A stretch of DNA of 64,000 nucleotides from Candidatus Heimdallarchaeum aukensis (GCA_021513695.1 CP084166.1:672001-736000); one strand, 5' to 3'. Numbered from the stretch's first letter, positions 19,853 to 29,531 are shown. The notes: generated from the sequence alone by a model not told the origin. A program made the numbers and translations.

Positions 19853-20698
19853 ATGAAAAAAGAAAATCTTGATTTACAACTAACTAATCTTTTTTTAGAA
19901 CTAGAAAAGAAAGTAGATGAGTTTAATAAAGAAACAATAGATAGTAAAGAGATTTTAACATATTTTAAAAAATATTATTTCGAATTTTACACTTCTTTCT
20001 CTTCTAAATTTTCTTACAAAAAACTCAAAGCCAAGAAAGAAAAATTGAGAATGAATACTACTTTCACAAGAGGAGAAAAGAAGTATCTTGACTCGTTATC
20101 AATGTTAAATCAATGTCTTATTAAAATAATTTCAAAAAACCAACAAAAAATTGTCACTTTACAATATTTTGACCCAAAAATAGAATCATTAGAAAAACTA
20201 ACAGAGAACTTTGCCACGCAGAAAGAAGAATCAAATGAGGTAATATCTGTTTTAAGAACTATAACGGATTGGTTTCTCAAAAATAGAGAATATTTCAATT
20301 CATTAAATTCAGAAAAAACAGAGCTAATAATTAGGAAATTACTCTCGACATCCAATATTCTTTCAAAAGTAAGTACCCAGATAGACCTCCAATTAGAGAG
20401 AATAAAATTCCAAGACTATTTAGAGAACCTTAAAAGCAGAAGAGAAGAAATACTGAAAAAAATCATTTATGAGCGAGAGAAAATTCCTCTGCAAGAACTT
20501 TCTCCTCTTTTAGAATTCAATGATGTATTAGAACTTGAAAGATGGATATTGCATTTACCTACTAAACTTTTCAAAATTGATGATGAAATAGTTATTATCA
20601 ATAAAGATGAGCAAGATTCTGACATTGTCTCTGCTATTTCAATGTTACTTGATAAATTCCAAGAGTATGAAGAATTAGGATTAGGTAAGAAGATTTAG
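19853..20698 (+). CDS. hypothetical alpha-helical/coiled-coil protein
   Basis: 281 aa, Lys/Glu-rich, no recognised motif. The stop is immediately followed by the start of the LRR gene. Confidence 0.4.
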   Translation: MKKENLDLQLTNLFLELEKKVDEFNKETIDSKEILTYFKKYYFEFYTSFSSKFSYKKLKAKKEKLRMNTTFTRGEKKYLDSLSMLNQCLIKIISKNQQKIVTLQYFDPKIESLEKLTENFATQKEESNEVISVLRTITDWFLKNREYFNSLNSEKTELIIRKLLSTSNILSKVSTQIDLQLERIKFQDYLENLKSRREEILKKIIYEREKIPLQELSPLLEFNDVLELERWILHLPTKLFKIDDEIVIINKDEQDSDIVSAISMLLDKFQEYEELGLGKKI

Positions 20699-21637
20699 GT
20701 GATAGAGATGAAAATCAAACTTAACACTATAAAAGGAGAAAAAGAAATATCTCTGAAAAAAAATCAGCATATAATTGATCTTTCGAATATGAATCTTTTA
20801 ACTATAAATTTAGATTTTTTGGAAGAATTACCAAATGTTGAAGCAATAAACCTGTCAAATAACAGTTTATCCAGGTTAGATTTAACCCCAATAGAAAACT
20901 GTTCTAACTTATCTTCTCTACGTTTATCTAATAATAATTTAGTCAAAATTAGACTAGAACCGCTAAGAAATTGTCCCAATCTCGAGATATTAGATTTATC
21001 AAACAATCAGCTTACAGAAATCGATTTATCTCCTATTATATCTTGTACTATGATCAAATCTCTTAATCTATCTTTCAATAAGTTAGAGTCTATAGATCTT
21101 TCTCCTCTTTCTCTTTTCCCTAATCTACGAACGCTTAATATTTCCAATAATAGACTTACCTTCGTCAACTTAAAAAAGATAGTTTTCTGCATTGCACTCA
21201 AAGAGCTAGATATTTCAAACAATAATTTCAGAACTTTAGATTTAACTCCAATTTTTGGTTTTAGAAATTTGGTTCGTTTATACTTATCTGAAAATGAAAA
21301 AAAAGTAGCTGACTGGGATGTTTCCTACTTAAAATATCAACAATTGTCAAGTGGTTTAAGATATTATTTTCAAGAGATTAAAAAACAAAACCTGAAAGTT
21401 CAAAGAAATGATATTTTCAAGAAAGTACTAGAAAAATACATATCAATCAGGCTTTCAAAACTAGCCATATTTCTCGGATTCGATGAATTAATAGATTTAG
21501 AAAATTGGATTTTGGGTTTAAATTTGAATAATGTCACCATAAAAGGGAATTATTTGCTGATAGATCAATCAGTTTATGTTGACATAGATAAGGAAATGAA
21601 TAAATTAATGCAAAGTTTTGACGGGTTAAATAGATAA
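20699..21637 (+). CDS. leucine-rich repeat (LRR) protein
   Basis: About eight tandem 22-23-aa repeats of the form LxxLDLSNNxLTxIDLSPIxxCxxL, plus an approx 100-aa C-terminal non-LRR region. Confidence 0.7.
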   Translation: MIEMKIKLNTIKGEKEISLKKNQHIIDLSNMNLLTINLDFLEELPNVEAINLSNNSLSRLDLTPIENCSNLSSLRLSNNNLVKIRLEPLRNCPNLEILDLSNNQLTEIDLSPIISCTMIKSLNLSFNKLESIDLSPLSLFPNLRTLNISNNRLTFVNLKKIVFCIALKELDISNNNFRTLDLTPIFGFRNLVRLYLSENEKKVADWDVSYLKYQQLSSGLRYYFQEIKKQNLKVQRNDIFKKVLEKYISIRLSKLAIFLGFDELIDLENWILGLNLNNVTIKGNYLLIDQSVYVDIDKEMNKLMQSFDGLNR

Positions 21638-21700
21638 CAGATAAACTATTTAGTGAATGAAAATTTTTATTTGGAGTTTGAAAGAAAAGTAAAGATTTTC

Positions 21701-21952
21701 TTAATTTTCTTTTAAAGAATAAATTAACTTTAATTTTTCCATAGCTTCTTGAATAGGCAATTCTCTGAGTTTTGAAGCTTGCTCTAAATGTTCATTACAA
21801 AACCATTCTGCATTTATTGGATGACCAACCTTTCCTTCTCTTTCCATTTTTTTATTCCATTCTTTAACTTCCTCAGTTTCTTTGAAATAGATTATATCTC
21901 CAGTTCCTGGTGAAAATCTCTTTCCACAGATAACACAAATTGGGGGTTTCAT
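21701..21952 (-). CDS. small zinc-ribbon protein
   Basis: CVICGKR...CNEH cysteine/histidine pairs, 83 aa. Confidence 0.35.
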   Translation of the reverse strand: MKPPICVICGKRFSPGTGDIIYFKETEEVKEWNKKMEREGKVGHPINAEWFCNEHLEQASKLRELPIQEAMEKLKLIYSLKEN

Positions 21953-22126
21953 TAGAAATAAACAATTATCGTTCTTTAAAAAATTATCTTATTTTTTAGA
22001 TAATCAAAACAAATTTTCTTCTTTTTTTTCACAGACACTAGTTTTTAATTATAATATATCTAATTAGCATCTCCTAATACGGTTATGTTTAAATAATTTA
22101 GACTAACCTTATTTTTTTAGATAAAA

Positions 22127-22371
22127 ATGGAAAATATTATCGAAGCAAAGGATATTACAAAAACTTACAACGGAAAAACAATTCTGAATAAACTTTCATT
22201 TCAAGTCAAAAAAGGAGAATTATTCACATTAATTGGCCATAACGGTGCAGGAAAAACAACTCTTTTCAAGATTCTTACAGGACAAATTAAACAAGATAGT
22301 GGTACAGCAAGAATCTTTGATACTAATGTTGAATCGCAATTAAAGAGTAAGTATAAATTACGTATCAGCTA
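22127..22371 (+). pseudogene. ABC transporter ATP-binding protein, N-terminal fragment (disrupted by IS insertion)
   Basis: Walker A GHNGAGKTT and Q-loop region up to KLRISY. The remainder of the ORF (DLLFYVKFFALCLAREKTKGSLIS) is not ABC-like and reads into the inserted element. Confidence 0.7.
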
Positions 22372-22640
22372 TGATTTACTTTTTTACGTAAAGTTTTTCG
22401 CACTCTGTCTTGCAAGAGAGAAAACTAAAGGAAGTTTAATCTCTTGAACTCAACCAAGCCATACAATGCCATGAAGGGGTTGAGACAGACATCATACACG
22501 AAACGTGGGAATCATAAAGAAGAATAGAAAGTTTTTCTTTCTTTTCTTCACTCCACGAGAGACAAAAAAAAGAATTACTCCTATAATAGAGAAGGAGTTA
22601 CTTTCCTTTTTGTCTACTGGGACTGCAACCAATGGCTGAG
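22372..22640 (-). ncRNA. putative omega-RNA (reRNA) region at the right end of the TnpB element
   Basis: In IS200/IS605 TnpB elements the guide RNA overlaps the 3' end of tnpB and the right end. The region is GC-richer and structured-looking. No direct evidence of transcription. Confidence 0.25.
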
Positions 22641-24062
22641 CCCTCGGCAAACAGTGAAATGGGAAGAACTGAACCTTTGACCAGTGAGGTAATCAGTGAT
22701 AGTTGTTCCTCGAGGACGAAAAAGATCTCCAAGGAACTTACGAGCGATATTCATTGCTCCTGTGAGGTCAGAGTGGAAAGTGTAATTGCAAGAGGAGCAA
22801 TGAACTAAACCTCTTACTGGACGGATAACTTTCCTTCCACAACGAGCACAGTGAGAAGATGTCCCTCTTTCATTCATTGTTAATATTCGGTGAGGTTCAA
22901 AACCTCGAAGTATCAATGCCCGACGGAGAAGAGCAAGAATAAGAGAAAAGTTCCACCGATGAAGTTTCCTGCGAAACTTACGAGTACTTTTACCTTTTCC
23001 TTTCTCCTCACGAACATGTTTAGGATAACCTACAACGACGAAAAGGTCATATATTCGCGCATAAGTCTCTATCGTCTGCACGATGTCGCTTACAAATTGG
23101 TAAATATAGGCTCGTTTAACGTTTCTATATCTTCTTCGGAGGAGACTAAGAAAACGATAAACTTGGTGTTTTTTACCCGACTGGTCATTTAAAGCCGCTT
23201 TCCTCTGAAGACGGGAAAGTTTGAGTTTATATCGATGATTGACTCTATTCCACTGTTTGGTATACCAGAACTTTATCTCTTTGTTTGTTAATTTCTTTTT
23301 AGGGGTCAGTAACACTCCTGTAGCAGGAATGTTTATCCCTATATCTATTCCCAGCACAGCTGGGGGAAGAGAAGAAGAACTTTTTTCTTCAGGAGGATAA
23401 AAAGAAGAAGGAAGAACTTTTAATTGGAAATACACCCACCACTCACGTGTAGAACGTTTATATCTTAGTTCTAGACTTTTTATTCTTCCTTTCTTTAACT
23501 CCTTCTGGTGGAAATCACTCATCTCTAAAGGTAACCATATTTTCTGATGATAAGGGGTGTTTCTTTTCCACGTATCTAACGAGTCTCTTATCCCCACCCA
23601 CCAACGAGTGAGAGTGTTATTCTTCTCTTTTGGTAGATGAACGAGAATGAACCTCTTTGCATTAATTAGTTGTTTTCTAGCTCTCTTTATTGGAGGACGA
23701 GTATTGTTAGGCCTATACCCTTGTTCATATAGTTGCACGCCTATATCTCTACATTCTTGGAATTCATTGTGAGAACAATAAAGGAACATTTTCTTAAGAT
23801 CGTGAGGAACAGTCTTTCTTCTCTCTTCTTCTTTAACTTTTGAAGTAGTTAGCGTCAGTTCATCTAGTTTTCCTCTATGTACTCTTATTTTCCCTCTCTT
23901 AGTTTTAGTACATATTTTTCCTCTGTTATGATGTATTATTCTCACATACTTCTCTATTATCCTCGTGTCTCTCCCCGTTATTCTCCTTAACTTTTCCTTC
24001 TTCCTCGTCGTCAATACCTCATTCTTTATTCTCACTTTCAAGGTTTTGACGACGTCCTCCAT
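22614..24062 (-). CDS. tnpB: TnpB (OrfB) RNA-guided endonuclease-like transposase-associated protein
   Basis: 482 aa. RuvC-I LGIDIGI, C-terminal zinc finger CARCGRK...CSSCNY, and RuvC-III HSDLTGAMNIARKF. Basic N-terminus. Confidence 0.85.
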   Translation of the reverse strand: MEDVVKTLKVRIKNEVLTTRKKEKLRRITGRDTRIIEKYVRIIHHNRGKICTKTKRGKIRVHRGKLDELTLTTSKVKEEERRKTVPHDLKKMFLYCSHNEFQECRDIGVQLYEQGYRPNNTRPPIKRARKQLINAKRFILVHLPKEKNNTLTRWWVGIRDSLDTWKRNTPYHQKIWLPLEMSDFHQKELKKGRIKSLELRYKRSTREWWVYFQLKVLPSSFYPPEEKSSSSLPPAVLGIDIGINIPATGVLLTPKKKLTNKEIKFWYTKQWNRVNHRYKLKLSRLQRKAALNDQSGKKHQVYRFLSLLRRRYRNVKRAYIYQFVSDIVQTIETYARIYDLFVVVGYPKHVREEKGKGKSTRKFRRKLHRWNFSLILALLRRALILRGFEPHRILTMNERGTSSHCARCGRKVIRPVRGLVHCSSCNYTFHSDLTGAMNIARKFLGDLFRPRGTTITDYLTGQRFSSSHFTVCRGLSHWLQSQ

Positions 24063-24215
24063 CTTTCTCTTTTCTCCTTCTTTCCTCTTTTTTTGTTTCT
24101 TCTTCTCTTTTTTATTCTACTTTTTTTCCCTATAAAAACCCCTCCCCTTCTTCTCTTCCCTTTTTTCTCTCTACATCTTCCTCAACAATTATAAATTACG
24201 CAAAAAATAGACGCA

Positions 24216-24951
24216 TGTTCCACAAGCAGATCTTCTTTGGGATAATCTAACTATAAAAGAAAACATCTCTCTAATGGGTAATCTTTATGGATTAAAGAAA
24301 GCACAAATTGAAGAAAAAGCAAACAAATTTCTTACTGATTTTAATTTGGTTGAACATCAAAAAAAACTTGCTGATAAACTGTCTGGAGGTATGAAAAAGA
24401 AATTATCAATTGCTATGTCTTTGATGAATGATCCATTACTTCTATTTTTAGATGAACCAACTACAGGACTTGATGTTGAAGCAAGAACTTTGTTAATTGA
24501 AGATTTGAAAAGGCTGAAAGAAGAAGGAATAACCATTATTCTTACTACCCATTTAATGGAAGTAGCAGAATCACTAGCGTCAAAAGTTTTAATCATCGAC
24601 AAAGGACAAGTAGTTGCATTTGGAACAGTAGAGAATATAATTAATGAATCTATAGGTGATAAAATCCTCCAAGTAGGATTAATCAAAAGAAATAATGAAT
24701 TTGAAGATTTTATTGAAAAAGAAATCAAACATTCAAAAGAAGTCGATTATATTCAAATCAAACAAACATTTTTCTTCAAGGGAGAAAAGTTACCAGAACT
24801 TATACAAGTAATTTCTTCTTCTGAATTTATTAAAGACATCTATGAAATTAACATTAAAAAAAGTTCTCTAAAGGAAGCTTTTCTCTTTATTACTCATAAA
24901 ATTTACAAGAATGGGAATAACTTTAATTCTTTACTGGAGGTTCAAAAATGA
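24216..24951 (+). pseudogene. ABC transporter ATP-binding protein, C-terminal fragment (same gene as 22127-22371)
   Basis: Reading upstream of the annotated Met stays in frame as THVPQADLLWDNLTIKENISLMGNLYGL. ABC signature LSGGMKKKL, Walker B LLFLDEPTTGLD, H-loop TTHLM. Confidence 0.7.
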
Positions 24952-26354
24952 TCTTATACCTTACTCTTATTCGAATAAAACAGATAATCAGAGAAAAGGA
25001 ATTTTACTTTTATGTAATAGTTTTTCCATTATTCTTCTTAATTCTATTTGGTTTTCTTAGTTCAAGCTGGGTACAAACAACAACAACTATTCCTATTGGA
25101 TACATTTCTGAAGATTTAGGAATTAGTGATGATATCCTTAACGAAACAATAATGTTTGATGAAGCATTCTACAATTTCTTGAACAAACACCACTTAGAAA
25201 ATAATATCAAAACTTTCGAGATACATAATTATACAGAAGTAAATTCTTTGGAAAATGATATCAACAATAGAATTATCGATGGAGGAATAGTAATTCCTTT
25301 CGATTTTTCAGAACAAATGCTTAACATATCAAGGTTTTACAGTTCTCTTATTCTAGTTAATTTCCTTGGGAGTCAATTTAATACTTATGCTTCAGAATCT
25401 GCTAATATTTCTGCAGCTATTAACTCTCTTTCATCTCATCTTCAAGGAACAGCTAATTTATCTTTACTTTTCTATGGTGATATAACAATCGACACAGCTA
25501 TGACTTCTTATTCTGTTCTTTGGCAAGTGATAAACGACTATGTTCAAAACACAACTCTTTCTTACACTGAAAAGATTTGGAAGGTTATTAAGAATGAATT
25601 CGATCTATCTTTCAATTTCTCTTCTACAAGTAATGATTCTTCGCAAAACTCTATAACCTATAGTATTATCGTAGTTGATTCTGGAACAGGAGAATTAGTT
25701 ACCAACTTCAGAAAAGAATATATTTCCAATATCCTTCCAGGTCAAATTATACAAAGCATCCTAATGTCTTCAATCTCTGTAATATGGTTGACTGAAATGG
25801 AAGAACGAAAAGAAATTTTAAAACGATTAAAATTGACTAAACTTACTGCTGGAGGATATATAGGAAGTATAATTCTCGCATGGGGAACTATTGCTTTACT
25901 TCAAGGTTTATTTTTGATTACTGTTTCTGCTGTGCTTGGATTCTTCAGTTTTTCTGTTGGTCCATTAGCTTGGTTGATGACTATTTTGACCTTAGTTTTT
26001 CTAGGTTTCATTACTGCAACTATTTCTTTACTTGTGACAAGTTTCATTAAACCTCGAACGGCAACTCCAATATTAGTTCTTTCTAGTACTGTTCTGGCTA
26101 TGTTTGTAGGAGAATATTTCTTTCAAGTTAAACCTGCTTTTACTTTTGCAAAGAAAAACTTTACTTGGTTAGACATATTTCCTGTTCGACCAGCTTTCCT
26201 TGTTATGAAGAATGCTCTATTATTAGGAAAAAATGGAGACATCACTATTTTGCTTTTTGACTTTGCTCTTGTTGTTTTATGGACAATTTTAATATTTGCC
26301 ATAAGTAGTTTCGCTTTTAGCAAACTAAAACTCAAATATATAGAAAAAGAATGA
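24948..26354 (+). CDS. ABC-2 type transporter permease with large extracytoplasmic domain
   Basis: N-terminal TM, approx 250-aa non-membrane region, then 5-6 C-terminal TM helices. Overlaps the ATPase stop by 4 nt. Confidence 0.55.
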   Translation: MILYLTLIRIKQIIREKEFYFYVIVFPLFFLILFGFLSSSWVQTTTTIPIGYISEDLGISDDILNETIMFDEAFYNFLNKHHLENNIKTFEIHNYTEVNSLENDINNRIIDGGIVIPFDFSEQMLNISRFYSSLILVNFLGSQFNTYASESANISAAINSLSSHLQGTANLSLLFYGDITIDTAMTSYSVLWQVINDYVQNTTLSYTEKIWKVIKNEFDLSFNFSSTSNDSSQNSITYSIIVVDSGTGELVTNFRKEYISNILPGQIIQSILMSSISVIWLTEMEERKEILKRLKLTKLTAGGYIGSIILAWGTIALLQGLFLITVSAVLGFFSFSVGPLAWLMTILTLVFLGFITATISLLVTSFIKPRTATPILVLSSTVLAMFVGEYFFQVKPAFTFAKKNFTWLDIFPVRPAFLVMKNALLLGKNGDITILLFDFALVVLWTILIFAISSFAFSKLKLKYIEKE

Positions 26355-26368
26355 GAAATTCTTTTCTA

Positions 26369-27277
26369 TTATATCTTTTTTTGACTTTTTTCTTTTGAAA
26401 CAATTAATAACAAAATTCCAAGAACAATTAGCATTAGAGAAAAACTTAAACCCATTTTATTTGCAAACGACATTGTTTCCCACTCTCTTAAAAACAGAAC
26501 TGCATAAATTGTAGGAAATATGAGAACTGAAGAGTGGTAAATTGGAACTATTACAATCGCTTTAGCTTTTTGGTAAGAAATTTGCATTAGAATTGTTGCT
26601 ATGTTTGCTAGTAACATATTTAGTCCTCCTAAAAGCCAGAATTTAAAATCTGTTACATCGATTGAAATTGGTATAGAAAAGTATATACTCCAACCTTTCA
26701 TGTTAATTATTGCAAGCGACATTAATATCCCAGCAGTTAATGTGTTTGGTACTCCACTATATACAGAACTGAATTTGACTACAATTTCAAAAACAAGCAG
26801 TATTGTAGCAATAAAAAAGAGAATTAATTGAAAAATAACAGAAGGTTGATAAACATAAAGATTCCAAAACTCATCTATTGATGATTGAGTATAAGTTTGA
26901 GAAGAAAAAAAGCTAGATACAACTACTCCAACTATAATTAAAAGAAAGCTTACGATCTCTTTTACATTCATTTTCTCTTTTAGGATTAAATAAGAGAAAA
27001 TTGATAAAAAAACTAAACCAGAACCATTAATACTAGCTATTAACAAAATGTTTCCGTAAGAGTATGCAAATATTGCTGCAGGTACAGAAAAGGTAGTAAA
27101 CAGTAGTCCTAATAACCATACAGGGTTAGTGAAAAAGTTCTTTATTGTTTTCCTAATTCTCGTCTTTTCAATTGGCTCCATTGTCTCAGTAGCTTTTTTT
27201 TGTAAAACATAACCTAGCATAACAGAAGCGTTTCCAGCTAAAGCTATTGGGATTGCCAAGAGCGAAACATTAATCAC
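26369..27277 (-). CDS. membrane protein, possibly DMT/EamA-like
   Basis: About 10 TM helices in two similar halves. No specific motif. Confidence 0.4.
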   Translation of the reverse strand: MINVSLLAIPIALAGNASVMLGYVLQKKATETMEPIEKTRIRKTIKNFFTNPVWLLGLLFTTFSVPAAIFAYSYGNILLIASINGSGLVFLSIFSYLILKEKMNVKEIVSFLLIIVGVVVSSFFSSQTYTQSSIDEFWNLYVYQPSVIFQLILFFIATILLVFEIVVKFSSVYSGVPNTLTAGILMSLAIINMKGWSIYFSIPISIDVTDFKFWLLGGLNMLLANIATILMQISYQKAKAIVIVPIYHSSVLIFPTIYAVLFLREWETMSFANKMGLSFSLMLIVLGILLLIVSKEKSQKKI

Positions 27278-27336
27278 AAAGAAATTATAGGTTTTAAAGA
27301 ATAAAAATTTTTGTAAAGTTCAAGACTCTTTCAAAA

Positions 27337-27609
27337 TTAAGATAATGCTTTTTTCATAATCGCTACAAGCGTTGACCAACCAAATGATTTTGCTCTTATT
27401 CTATCACCTGTATAAGGATTATAGAATTCTTTAATACCACTTTTCTTTACTAAATCCAAAGTCTTTGTTGCTAGTTTGTTAGCTAAATCCAATTCATTTT
27501 GTTCTTTCAAACCCAACCAAATTAGAAAATTTGTATTGACCCATGCATTTCTACAATCCTTCATTTCCTTCAAATATGGCGGCAAAGCGAGAGTTAATCT
27601 TAGGGGCAC
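27337..27609 (-). pseudogene. orphan C-terminal fragment of a six-hairpin glycoside hydrolase-like protein
   Basis: 90-aa ORF ending EFYNPYTGDRIRAKSFGWSTLVAIM resembles the C-terminal tail of trehalase/GH15/GDE-like enzymes. No upstream coding continuation. Confidence 0.3.
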
Positions 27610-27948
27610 GTAATTCTTTTATCTTATCGATAATTTTTATCAAATAATCATATTTTAAGCCATTTTATCATTGCTCTAGTTGTTTTTGTCCCTTAAATGT
27701 TTTTACAATCAAATTAAGTTTTAATTAACATGTTGGCAAAATTAGTTAATGCTTAAGCAATATAGTATCAGACAAAAAGAAGTTTAAGAGTAAAAAATTT
27801 GGTTGATATAGGTTGTTTAGAATGTTTTTTACTTAATACACAAGGAGCAAGATAACTTCATATTTTTGTATAAAAATTAATCTAATGAAACTAAGAAGCA
27901 TTTTTTAAATTAAGAAATAAATTTTTATTTAGTGAAGAGAACGTTAGT

Positions 27949-29124
27949 TTGACCAAATTGATTTCATTAAGAGTGATAAAAACTTTCACTTGTATTTCAT
28001 TTTTCTTTCTTAATCTACTACTTATTTCTGATTTTTCAAACGCAAATATGAAAAAACAAAGCCAGTACACGTTTAAAGTTGGTATCTATGACAACGAACC
28101 TTTAGTTTTCAAATCAAAAGAAGGAGATTATAAAGGAATATACATAGATATTCTAACATATATCGCAGAAATTGAAAATTGGGAACTAGAATTTGTTGAA
28201 GGTACTTGGAACGAAACTTACAATGCCTTACTTAACAATGAAATTGATATAATGACTGGAATTGCATATTCTATAGAAAGAACAGAATATATTGATTTTA
28301 CTAATGAAACTTTATTATTAAACTGGGGAACGGTTATCACTCGAAAGAACCTAAAAATTAAATATTTTTTTGATTTAGAAGGATTGAAAGTTGGAGTGCT
28401 TTCCAATGATATTTATTTTGATTATCCTGGTGGAATTAAGGCAATATTAAACAAATTTCAAATAAATTGTACATATCAAGAATATAACGACTATAAAGAA
28501 ATAACTAAAGATATCCAGAATAAGCTAATAGATGCAGGGGTAGTAAACAGAATTTTTTATCAAAGTTTAGTGGATAAAAGAGATTTAAAAGAAACAAATT
28601 TGATTTTCCAACCTGTACAACTTCATTATGCTTTCAATAAGAATAATTCCTACAAGTCATATTTAATTGAACGAATAGATCATCATTTATCGGAACTCAA
28701 AAAAGACAAACAGTCAATTTATTATAGTATTTTAGATGAATATCTAAACCCTAAAATTAAACTGCAAATTTCATGGTGGGGCATTCTAATTATTATCTTT
28801 TCAGTAGGAGTTAGTGTAATTTCAATTTCTGCATTTATTTTCTTTAGATATAAAAATAAAGTTGAACTCAAAAAATCAAAGATTAAACAAAAAAAACTAG
28901 TTTCAATTCTTCTTGAAAGTTATGAACAACTAGAAAGTCTTATTGATAAACTAAGGAATCAACTTCAGTTGATTTCAGGAAAGCTAGAATTTTTTGAATC
29001 AGAAGATATAAAATTTATAAAAGAGTTAGAAAGGTTAAAGCTGACGTTGGATGATCTAGATTCCATCTTTTACACTTATGTAAAAGAAAAAAAACAAGCA
29101 CTAAAAGAGGAGGAAAAAACTTAA
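27949..29124 (+). CDS. membrane sensor with periplasmic solute-binding (SBP_bac_3-like) domain, TM helix and cytoplasmic coiled coil
   Basis: Signal/TM, FKVGIYDNEPLVF...GIYIDIL...DIMTGIA binding-protein motifs, TM (WWGILIIIFSVGVSVISISAFIFF), then an approx 100-aa coiled-coil. No kinase domain. Confidence 0.5.
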   Translation: MTKLISLRVIKTFTCISFFFLNLLLISDFSNANMKKQSQYTFKVGIYDNEPLVFKSKEGDYKGIYIDILTYIAEIENWELEFVEGTWNETYNALLNNEIDIMTGIAYSIERTEYIDFTNETLLLNWGTVITRKNLKIKYFFDLEGLKVGVLSNDIYFDYPGGIKAILNKFQINCTYQEYNDYKEITKDIQNKLIDAGVVNRIFYQSLVDKRDLKETNLIFQPVQLHYAFNKNNSYKSYLIERIDHHLSELKKDKQSIYYSILDEYLNPKIKLQISWWGILIIIFSVGVSVISISAFIFFRYKNKVELKKSKIKQKKLVSILLESYEQLESLIDKLRNQLQLISGKLEFFESEDIKFIKELERLKLTLDDLDSIFYTYVKEKKQALKEEEKT

Positions 29125-29148
29125 GTTAATAAAAACAAAGAGAGATAG

Positions 29149-29531
29149 AAGATTGATGAGGAAGTAGAATCTAGAGTAGAAAATATCAAAAAATTACTTA
29201 TCGTAGATAATGATGAAGATATAGTTTTCCTTTTTAAAAAATAACTAGAGCGAGAATTTTTTGTAACTACAGCAATAAACGGTATTGAAGCTTTAATAGC
29301 AGCAAAAAATCAAAAACCAAATATTATACTAATGGACATTTGCATGCCAGTAATGGATTGAATAAAGCAGCAAAGCTCATTAAAGAAAAAAATAAAGAAA
29401 TAATCATCATTGCTGTAACTGCGTATAGCGAAGTAGAAGAAAAACACTTAGATAGTAATCCTTTCGATTTTTATGTGAGAAAACCTGTTTCAATGAAAAA
29501 TCTTTTACTAATAATAAAAGATATTGATTAA
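29149..29531 (+). pseudogene. CheY-like response regulator receiver, decayed (in-frame TAA plus frameshift, no clear start)
   Basis: Frame A: KKLLIVDNDEDIVFLFKK*LEREFFVTTAINGIEALIAAKNQKPNIILMDICMPVMD*. Frame B continues NGLNKAAKLIKEKNKEIIIIAVTAYSEVEE...KPVSMKNLLLIIKDID. The TAA sits where receivers usually have Tyr. 1-nt deletion at about 29352. Confidence 0.55.

Larger units (their letters stand above)
22372..24215 (-). mobile_element. IS200/IS605-family, TnpB-only (IS1341-type) insertion element, approx 1.84 kb; boundaries approximate
   Basis: Flanked by the two halves of one ABC ATPase gene. Contains only tnpB. GC content of the element is visibly higher (about 40-45%) than the flanks. 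Boundaries were inferred from where ABC-like coding sequence stops and resumes (…RISY | VPQADLLWDNLT…). Confidence 0.65.

Noticed and set aside
22372-22447. C-terminal tail of the 22127-22447 ORF (YVKFFALCLAREKTKGSLIS) as a genuine protein segment
   Set aside because: It lies past the point where ABC ATPase homology ends and inside the inserted element. It is read-through into IS sequence.
22614-24062. TnpB as a possible Cas12-type CRISPR effector
   Set aside because: No CRISPR repeat array or cas1/cas2 anywhere in the window. The element interrupts a host gene like an insertion sequence, so a transposon-associated TnpB is the simpler reading.
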